Shown in pieces: positions 26,620 to 38,027 of a DNA stretch of 64,000 nt; position 1 is the stretch's first letter, and every line of letters starts with the position of its first letter. The DNA is from Octopus vulgaris. Lineage: Eukaryota. The stretch covers positions 172,174,001 to 172,238,000 of the forward strand of contig OX597816.1 in assembly GCA_951406725.2 (NCBI GenBank), in the 5' to 3' direction. Below the pieces are notes generated by a model. It was given only the letters and a program-made list of their open reading frames with translations, was not told where the DNA came from and did not search any database. The position numbers and the translations under genes were made by a program.

Positions 26620-29600
26620 CTAGGATGGAATTTATAAATATTTAATGCATCATTACGCATGTTTCCACAAATCACATGACTTTTAGGATCATAGTCCATA
26701 TTCCTGGGATGATTACAGTGTAATCCATAGTATCTGTAGGAAACCAGTTGATCATCATCACTGATTCATTTCTTGAGGTGATATAACATTAGTGGATGAG
26801 CCACAGAGGAACGTCTTTCTCTTTTCACCAGTATGAAGGTCATCCTAGGATTACTGTTATTATTATTATATTCATCCTACATTATATTGGTACAACTTGA
26901 TGCAACCCCCAAAAACTGGCTCACTAGTCAGCATCATTAGACTGTAGCATGGCCACAGTCTAATGAGTGAAATGAGTAAAAGATAGAACTTAAAATATAT
27001 GCTTGATTGAAAAGAGAGTTGAAGGAGTGATTCAACACTATCAATTCTCACTAAAAACAGGATGTATACTCATACAACAGGATATACTCATAAAACAATT
27101 ATTTTATTAAATTTCAACACTGTATAGAAAAATAACACACCTGATGATGTGAAACAAGACAGAATCTCTAAGAGCACATGAACTTGACGGGGACCCATTA
27201 AAATATCTAAAGATCCGACTTGAAGGTCAACTTCCAGCTGAAATCAAGAATATTCATATTAACAGAGATCAATATAAGTTTACTGAAGAAATAAAAATTA
27301 ATCTAAATTATATATCTAATTTCCATAGGTATGCGCATACTAATCTCTCCTCTTTCCCACCCCATCATTATCATCATCACCATTTTCATCATCGTCGCAT
27401 GGGTTGGATGAGTCTTCTCCCATCCAAGTATCTTACCAATTGTCACAGTTACTTGCTCTTCCCTACTTGAAACTCAGCCTCAACTTTCATCTCTGACCAT
27501 GTCTTCTTTGGTTTTCCAATGGTTTCTGATTACAAATATCTTGGGTCATACATATCATCATCTGGAAAAGACTTTCTAACTAGAAAGGGTATGGCCTGGT
27601 CAGCCTGTAATGACATGCATAAGATCTGGTCATCAAATCTAAGTAGAGACTTCAAACTTGAAATCTTCAAAGCCACAGTCAAACCAATTCTACTATATGG
27701 CTCAGAAACCTGGACGTTATCAAAGAAGCTTGAGAGGCGGTTGGATGGAACCTACACTCGCCTCCTTATGAGAGCTCAAAATCTCTTGTGGAAGCGCCAT
27801 CCAACCAAAATGCAAATATATGGGAAACTATCACCTGTGTCATCTCTTGTGAAAGGTAGGAGAGTCCAGTTTGCTGGACAATGTTGTAGAGCTGAAAAAG
27901 AGGTAATTTCTACTCTTCTCCTCTGGAAGCCATCTACTCGCAATACCAGAGGGCACACACTCTCCTACCCTGATGTAATCTCCAGGGATACAGGCATCCA
28001 GCAATAGGACCTCCGTAATGCCATGATGGACCGTGAAGTCTGGCATAGCATGGTAAATTCCAATGTCTCGACCACGGTCGGTCGAACTTCCATTTTCAAC
28101 TTTTTTTTACTCAACTGTCATTCCCTATATGCATCACATATCAATTACAATGCAGTCTAAAGCTGCAAATTGGCAGAATCGTTAGCACACCAGACAAATG
28201 CTTAGCAGTATTTTGTCCATTTTTACATCCTGAGTTCAAACCCATCGAGGCCAACACTGAGTTGAGCACTGAGGTCAATGTAATTGACTTGACCCCTCTT
28301 CCAAAACTGCTAACCTTTGAAACCAATAACAATGTGGTTTTCTCTCTTTCACACTACATTTGATTCCTCTTACATCCAGAAATGTGCTCTGGTATTTACA
28401 TATGTTAACATTGCTCATTCAGCAGAATGTGTGTTAAATTTTACCTCCAGCTTTTGCAGGTTAATTCTGTTTACTTATTTTATATCCATTCTTCAACAGT
28501 GATGCACAGCAATGAAGTTAAAATTTTAAATTTCTCAGAATTTAGATATTACAAAGATTTCTAGGAACACAATTTTTGCAGTTATAATGTTCTTCTCCAT
28601 ATCAAATATTTGACTAATGTGGATGCGCAATGGCCCAGTGGTTAGGGCAGCGGACTCGCGGTCGTAGGATCACGGTTTCGATTCCCAGACCGGGCGTTGT
28701 GAGTGTTTATTGAGCGAAAACACCTAAAAGCTCCATTAGGCTCCGGCAGGGGATGGTGGTGATCCCTGCTGTACTCTTTCACCACAACTTTCTCTCACTC
28801 TTACTTCCTGTTTCTGTTGTACCTGTATTTCAAAGGGCCGGCCTTGTCACGCTGAATATCTCCGAGAACTACGTTAAGGGTACATGTGTCTGTGGAGTGC
28901 TCAGCCACTTACACGTTAATTTCATGAGCAGGCTGTTCCGTTGATCGGATCAACCGGAACCCTCATCGTCATAACCGACGGAGTGCTTCCACCCATTTGA
29001 CTAATATTGTAAAACTGTGATCAATGAAATGATGAAAATAATGGAGCTGTGTGCAGGTTACTTTGGAAAGTTAGAGTAACCTGTAGACATAATACAAAAG
29101 AAATTAGGCAATGGAGATTACTATTAGAAAATAAAAACTAAGTACAACTGTATATTTTTTATCATTACAAATAGATTTACATTACAGCTCCAAAGAAGAG
29201 AATTCTGTATACCTTCGGTCCTGCAACAGCTTCATTTTGTTTCATTTTCATTTTAACTTCAGTAATTCCAGAGAGAGCAGCAACATGAACTGAAGGTATG
29301 CCACTGGATGTAATTGCATTCAAAGAGAGTGGCTGCTGAGTTAACACATCAGGACTGTTCAAAGAACTGGATTTGCATAGGGGAGGGGAATTGTGGGCAG
29401 ATTCAAACAGCTGAAATATAAATTCAAATAAGTATCATGAAACACATACACACACTTTATTAGATACATGCATTTATGTCTTTATATGGTTGTATCTGGA
29501 GGCGCAATGGCCTAGTGGTTAGGGCAGCAAACTCGCGGTCATAGGATAGCAGTTTCGATTCCCAGACCGGGCGTTGTGAGTGTTTATTGAGCAAAAACAC

Positions 29601-31538
29601 CTAAAGCTCCACGAGGCTTCGGCAGGGAATGGCGATCCCTGCTGTACTCTTTCACCACTCTTTCTTCTGTTGGCCTGCTTGCTTAGCCAGTGTGGTGGCG
29701 TCGTTCGAAGGCTAAAACAATGCGAACGCATTGTGACCAGCGATGTGTAACAACATCTGATGGTCTGGTCGGTCATGTGATCATGTGATATGGTTGTATC
29801 TAACCAACAGTGCTGCACTGTGGCTTTTCAATAGTTCCAGTAGTAAATAGATATCATAGGAAGCAACAAGTTACTGAAGTGACCAACAGTAGAAAAATAA
29901 AATTGATGAATGTTTCATAACGCTCTCAACAATGTACTGTAAACTGATAAGCTATTCTTTTACCACTAAGCTTGTGTAAAAGGGTTGATGTAGAACAATA
30001 ATAATTGTTCAGAAGAAAATCCCCTGTTGCATCTAATATAACTTCATAATAGAAATATAATTGTCCATATGCAAAGGTTTGAGCCATTTAGTTATGAAGA
30101 TGGATAAGAATGAGCTTTTTGATTTCGACTTAATTCATAACTTCAAACTTGTTAATTGCTTCATTATATTCAATAATCATTAATTGTGTTATGATACTTA
30201 AGGTGTGTGGCTAAGTGGTCAGGGCATTAGACTCACAATTGTGAGTTTGATACCTGGTGGCTCATTCTGTCCTTGAGCAAGACTTTTTATTTCACGTTGC
30301 TCCAATCCATTCAGCTGGCAAAAATCAGTCGTACCTGTATTTCAAAGGACCAGCCTTGTCACATTCTGTGTCACACTGAATCTCCCTGAGAACTACATTA
30401 AGGGTATACATGTCTGTAGTAGAGTGCTCAACCACTTGTGCATTAATTCCTCAAGCAGGCTGTTCCATTGATTGAATCAAGCGGAACCGTTGTTGTTGTT
30501 ACCAACAGAGTGCCAGTGTTTACATACTTATTACCTATATTGTAATACAATATCTACAACGGTAATTTGCTATTTCACCATTATGGTGCTTAGTGGATAG
30601 ACACAATACATGAGAGAAAGAGAAACAAACAGAGACACAATCAGAGTGAAAGGATAAAAAGATAATTTAGGTTAAAGACGATGATTTTTTTTTTGTAAAA
30701 TACTATCTTCTATCTTTTATTTGTTTCAGTCATTATACTGCGGCCATGCTGGGGCACCACCTTGAGGAATTTTTAGTCAAATGAATCGACCCCAATACTC
30801 ACTATTCTTTGTAAAGCCTGATATTTATGCTATTGGTTGGTGTATCTGTGTAACTGCTAAGTTACACAGACACACCAACACCAGTTGTCAGGCAGTTATG
30901 GAGGGCACGCACACACACACACACCACGTGTATGTATATATAGATACATATACAACGGGCTTTTTTTTTTTTGTTTCCATCAACCACTCACAAGACTTTG
31001 GTTGACTTGAAACTGTAACAGAAGACATTTGCCAAAGGTGCCACACAGTGGGACTGAACTCCAAACCATGTGGTTGTGAAGCAAACTCCTTACCACACAG
31101 CCACACCTGTTTTACAAATTATATCTCTCTCTTTCCTCAGATTAAAGACGTCTTCTAAAACATTATTCTTGACCTCTCAATTTATGATATTCCGAAACTA
31201 AAAATACATTCTATTTCCCTGAGTTTCTTGGTCAGTATGAATAGAACAATGTCAACAGTTACAAATATACAAGAGGAAATGAAGTAAAACTAACTTGTGT
31301 TGAAGAGTCACTCGAGCTGCTATGTGATGTGTTGTATAAATCGTCTGGATGAACTACACACTCTTCTATATGAAATGTCACGCCAGACAACTTGAAATTT
31401 TTGCAAGCAATAGCTGAAGGCTCCCACTTTTTCCTGCCAGAAGAAGGATCAGTTGCAACACTTTCGTTCACTGCCATATCATCAAAAAAGTCCATTCTGT
31501 TAAGCAAAAGAAAATATAAACAAAGATAAGATAGATAT

Positions 31539-31578
<40 letters not shown>

Positions 31579-31720
31579 CGGTTTCGTTTGTAGAAATAAC
31601 TATAAACATTTTTAGAGAGTTATAGCCAAAAAATAGCAAAAAAATATATGATGGTAAATTTTTTTGATAAGGTCGAGTTGCGTCCCCTAGACAGTCTGTG
31701 GTTTGTGTTTCTGATATATG

Positions 31721-31758
<38 letters not shown>

Positions 31759-32282
31759 CACTTGCCGTTTATGCAAACCTTTGCAAACCTTTCCTTCTTG
31801 GGACACAAAACTCTACTTGTGAAGACCTGTTGAGGCAAGTGAAAATCGAAATTGATCAACATCAAGTAGCTGTGATACCAGTGCTGGTGGCACATAAGAG
31901 AACCATCCGAACGTGGCCGTTGCCAGCTCAGCTCTGACTGGCCTCCGTGCCGGTGGCACGTAAAAAGCACCATCCGATCGTGGCCGTTGCCTGCCTCGCC
32001 TGGCACGTAAAAAGCACCATCCGATCGTGGCCATTTGCCAGCCTCGTCTGGCACCTGTGCCGGTGGCACATAAAAAGCACCCACTACACTCACGGAGTGG
32101 TTGGCGTTAGGAAGGGCATCCAGCCGTAGAAATATTGTCAGATCAGACTGGGCCTGGTGCAACCTTCTGGCTTCCCAGACCCCAGATGAACCGTCCAACC
32201 CATGCTAGCATGGAAAGCAGACGCTAAACGATGATGATGATAATGTATGCATGTTTCATAATGCTTCTTTGAATAATGTGTG

Positions 32283-32319
<37 letters not shown>

Positions 32320-35300
32320 GCACACACACATACACACACATACGATAGCGTACTGAAAAGTTCCTGGCTTTTGAGAGTATTGTGAAAAGCCTGGTTGGAA
32401 GCCTAGCCTTCTGAGTTCTTTTACAGGGCTTAGAAAAACTGAGACTGGAATATGTTGAATAAATTCATAATTAACTGACCCTCCTGTATTTTCTTTTACC
32501 CAAAGCCAGAATACTCTTCAGCACCCCCACCTTCATATTTCATCAATATCATCGTTTAATGTCCACGTTCCATGTTGGCACAGGCTAGACACACACTTAC
32601 CCAGTACTTTCAAGGCATGTATCGCAAGTATTGTTCTCTATGGAGATGAAACCAGGACTACACAGAAGGAGCTTGAAGTTTGGCTTGATGGTATGTATGC
32701 CAGGCTTCTCATGAGCATTCACAACATCTCAGGGTAAGATCAAAGGGTTAAGTAGATTTACGGACACATTCTACCTATCCCAAATATCAATCTCCAATGC
32801 AGTGTAGGCTTTGCTAGCAACTACAATTGTACTGAACATCAGACTATTTCACATTGTTATATTTTGGAGTTTTCCTTACCATATTATTAGACAAAGACCA
32901 CCCATCTACACTAAGACATGCAACATAATTCTGCACACCTACCAAAGCTAAAGGAGGGGCAGAGATTCCTTACATAACAAAGTGAAACACATCTCAGCCT
33001 AGGTCTCTTCACAAAGAGTATATTCTGGTGTTATTTTTTAAATCTTGCAGTGCTTGTTTGAGTTGTTCCATGTTATTTCCTCTATCTATTGTTGAGTTGG
33101 TGTCTATTTTTATTACATTCACCCCAGTGTAACTCTACAAGTTTATTGCTAATCTTTATAATGGGTTTATCTCTCAGGACTCCATAGAATAGTATGATTC
33201 CAATTTCTCCTCACCCTTATGGTCATATTTCAGCCATATCAAGCAGAGGCTGATACCGAAGTCCACTGGTTTCACATCTGCTTTTCTGTATTAGCAGAGG
33301 ATGGACAGGGACTTACATGAGGCAGGATTTTATAGTGTGATGCTTTTCCTGTCCCCAACCCTTACCCATTTTTCAAGTAAGTGATCTTTTGCTTTTATTC
33401 TATAACTAGTCTGAATGTTAATAATGAATGTGAACATAATAGAGTTTTGTTCAGAAGGTGACAATCAAACCTATGGGATTTCAAATAACTGCATGGACAT
33501 ACACACACACCACCAACACCACCCTTTAACATTTATTTTCCATGCTGGCATGGGTTGGATGGTTTGACCAGCGCTGGTAAGCAGAAGAGCTGCACCAGGT
33601 CCCAGTCTGATTTTGCTTGGTTTCTACAGCATGTGCTTTTAACATGACACCAGCATGCTCAAATACAATGGGCTTCTTTCAGTTTTCATCTGTCACATTC
33701 ACTCACAAGGCCTTGGTCAGCCCCGGGCTATGATAGGAAACAGTTGCTCAAGGTTCCATGGGGTAGGACTGAACCTCAGAGCATGTAGTTAAGAAGCAAA
33801 CTTCTTACCACACAACCATGCTACTACCTATAGAGACACCTATGCTTGTAACATCTGTACTGAAATTAATTACAATTTTCTGTAATAATTTTTACCTTAT
33901 TTGATCTCATTCTTTTTATTTGGTCATCAATTTTTGAAGGAAGAATTATAAATCATTGAATTAACATCCATTTATTACTTATTGCTACTTATTTTATGAA
34001 CTTAGAAGAAGTGAAAGACAAAGTCTCTCTGGGATCTTGGAAGGATTTCATCTCAAAATATATATATAAAAAAAAAAAAGAAATATCTATATACAGTAAG
34101 GTGTCTGTCTTTAGTCTCTACTATGTCAAACAACAAAGGTCTTCAAGTGGTCACTTAACCAGCTAGAAGTAGTAGCCCAAAACTCCTTCAAATAATTCCC
34201 AGGCTTCTAAACAAAAATGAACACGCTAAGTAATGTAGTCCTAGATACACAATGCGTGAAAATGAAATGGACATGGCTAGAATGCTATTAATATATTTGA
34301 TCATAGCTGACCTGGCACTAAAAAACAATAACAATAAACTTGGCGCCCTAAATTTTACAGTGAAAATTACAACCAGTGTTACTTACCGTTGTATTCTCAT
34401 CTCCAATCTTGCCTTTTGATTTCCAGAATCTTTCAGGATATGATCCAGGCAAATAGATATGTCGTGAACACTTATTTTCACTCTTGATAACACTGGAATG
34501 GAAAAAAAATAATAAATAAACGCATATAAATACAAATAAAAAATGAAAAATATGAATGGTAATTTACGAGGGGGTACCCAAAAGTAACTAGAAATATCCT
34601 GTGGGACAAGCCCGTTGTAGCTTAGGCTCCCGCTGCTAGAAGTCAGTTGATACGACCCTCAGGCATCAGTCTGCTGACCACCAGTGTCTAGTGAGACCAT
34701 ACTGCCACCTAGTGTGTCTTTGTTTTACAGTGCTTCTCCTCTGTTCATTCATTTTTGCAATGACTAAAACAAAAGAACAGCAAGTTTCCATAAAATTTTG
34801 TTTTCTGCTGGAGAAAACAGTGGCCGAAACAGTTGTCATACTTCAAACACGCTGCCATGAGCAAATTACAACTTTATAAGTGGTTCCACTTGTATGTGGA
34901 CCATTTAGGAAAGGTCAATTGTTGCTTGAAAACCAACCTCGTTCAGGGTGATCATTGACTTACCAAACAAATGAAAACATCATGAAAATTCATGAACTAA
35001 TCTTGGAAGACTGTCGCCAACAAATTTTGAGTGAGGAATTGCTATTGAAAAGAGTTGCAGTAAAATTAGAACCTCGCTCACTCATGGAAGATCAAAAGCA
35101 GTCATGACTGAATGCATGTCATGAACTGAAAGAACAGTTGGAAGTTTTTTTTAAGGTCATCACGGGTGATGAAAGCTGGTGCTACGGCTATTACGGAGAT
35201 GTACTTGCATAGCAAGTGACCTAACCTGAGATTGTGTGCTTGAACGAAAACAATTGCAGCATGGAAGGTGTTTATAAGCCATTTAAGAAACACACAAAAA

Positions 35301-37972
35301 CTGTTAGATTCACTTCAACATTTAGATTTAATTTGTCAAAATATTTTCGGCGCTTTGAGACCGCGACCTGTTCACTGACAAAATTCCATGCTGCATAAGT
35401 TTCACTTCAACATTTAAATATCATTTCTGTCAAAATATTTTCGTCATTATGAAACTGCAACTTGTTCACCGACAAAACTGCATGCTGCATCTGAGAAAGT
35501 AACACCTAGTTCGTGATATATATGTGTTTATATATCACATGACCACATGACCGACCAGACCATCAGATGTTGTTACACATCGCTGGTCACAATGCGTTCG
35601 CATTGCTTTAGCCTTCGAATGAAGCCACCCCGCTGGCTAAGCAAGCAGGCCAACAGAAGAAAGAGTGGGAGAAACAGTGGTGAAAGAGTACAGCAGGGAT
35701 CACCAACCCCCTGCCGGAACGTCGTGTAGCTTTTAGGTGTTTTCGCTCAATAAACACTCACAACGCCCGGTCTGGGAATCGAAACCGCGATCCTGCGACC
35801 GTGAGTCCGCTGCCCTAACCACTGGGCCATTGCGCCTCCAATAATAAAATTAAATGTGTTTATATATATATGCAACACAGAATTTTGTCAGTGAACAGGT
35901 CACAGTCTCAAAGCGGCGAAACATATAGTGTGTTTAATAATGTACCTAATGCAGAAAGACACTCATACACTCACACACATACATTCACAGACAGCTACAG
36001 TCATATACAAAATGTAATGTCATCGTCATCGTGGTTAGAATTAAAAGTAAAAGTATAAAAGTGAAGCAATATATCACATTACAATATAGATGTTATTGTT
36101 TCACTTTTATTCTTTGAGTTTTGACACGTGATAAGGAACCAGTGCCAATGCTGCATTGTTTTAATCTAATAAAATTATATGTTGACACTCAAGGGGTCTG
36201 ATAGCATTACCATGTAAAATTTGATTTGATTTGGTTGAGCCATTTGAGAATGCATTGGGAACAGACAGAGATGTGAAGAATTTTAAATATATATATAATT
36301 ACCATTTTTATGTAAGAGATAGTATAGTTTATAATAATCATAACTTTATACATTTAACATTAATGAATCGTTGATTAGAAGTTTTTTTTTTAATGAATTC
36401 CGAATGTGAATAAAATATATCCTTATTCATTTTTTCATAATAGTATATAGAAATTTTTGGAAAAATATATTTCCTACTCCATCATAAATTCTTAACATAT
36501 GATATAAATTTCATCATATAGACTTTATATAATAAGAATGAATAGCAATTATTTTAGATTAAAATATCTTTAGATTAATATTATTAAAGAGGCATAAGGA
36601 CATTTTATGACCATTGTTTGGTCATTTTATGTAATTGTTTGGTCAAATTAATTTATTTTATCTATTTGAATTTTGGTTTTGTTTTTATTATATTTATTAT
36701 ACTCTCTCTTTTACTCTCTTTTACTTGTTTCAGTCATTTGACTGCGGCCATGCTGAAGCAACGCCTTTAGTCGAGCAAATCGACCCCGGGACTTATTCTT
36801 TGGAAGCCCAGTACTTATTCTATCGGTCTCTTTTGCCAAACCGCTAAGTGACGGGGACATAAACACACCCGCATTGGTTGTCAAGCAATGCTAGGGGGAC
36901 AAACACAGACACACAAACACACACACACACATACATATATATATATACATTTATACGACAGGCTTCTTTCAGTTTCCGTCTACCAAATCCATTCACAAGG
37001 CATTGGTCGGCTCGGGGCTATAGCAGAAGACACTTGCCCAAGATGCCACACAGTGGGACTGAACCTGGAACCATGTGGCTGGTTAGCAAGCTACTTACCA
37101 CACAACCACTCCTGCGCCTATTTTATATTTTAAAATTATTAATGCTAACACTTATAAACATAAGTATATTTTAAATCAATCTATTTTATGATTTAGCAGT
37201 CCTTGCATGAATGGTCATAAAATGTCCTTATGCCTCTTTACTAATATTAATCTAAAGATATTTTAATCTAAAGTTTTTAAACAAATATTACCCTGATGAG
37301 ATTCATATATATAAATGTGAATTTTTTATAAATTCACTAGTGGATATGAATTGAAACAAATTGTAGGATATATGTTTGTTTTAATAATTTGTTATATTAT
37401 ATTATATCTTTTTATAGTATAATTATATGATATTATAATGTTAATAAATTTATAATATGTCAATTGTATTTCTCTATTTCCTTTAATATTCATATATTGA
37501 AAATTATACCATTTTAAGTTCTAATTTTTTCTCTACTATATTTTGGTATTTAACTGAAGAACCAATGAAAGTTGGATGTTTTCCATCCTTTTCAAGGAAA
37601 TCTTTTTTTCCTTGGATTGAATAATAATAATATACATATATATATATACATGAGTACTGGTATCCCATGGTTTCATAAAATAGCGATATTCTTTATGTTC
37701 CTTGTTGACATTATGACTGTTTGCTCTGAGTCTTCAAACACCAGTGGAATAAGAAATCCTTTACTCTTTTACTCTTTTACTCGTTTCAGTCATTTGACTG
37801 CGGCCATGCTGGAGCACCGCCTTTAATCGAGCAACTCGACCCCGGCACTTATTCTTTGTAAGCCCAGTACTTATTCTATCGGTCTCTTTTGCCAAACCGC
37901 TAAGTGACGGGGACATAAACACACCCGCATTGGTTGTCAAGCAATGCTAGGGGGACAAACACAGACACACAA

Positions 37973-38027
<55 letters not shown>

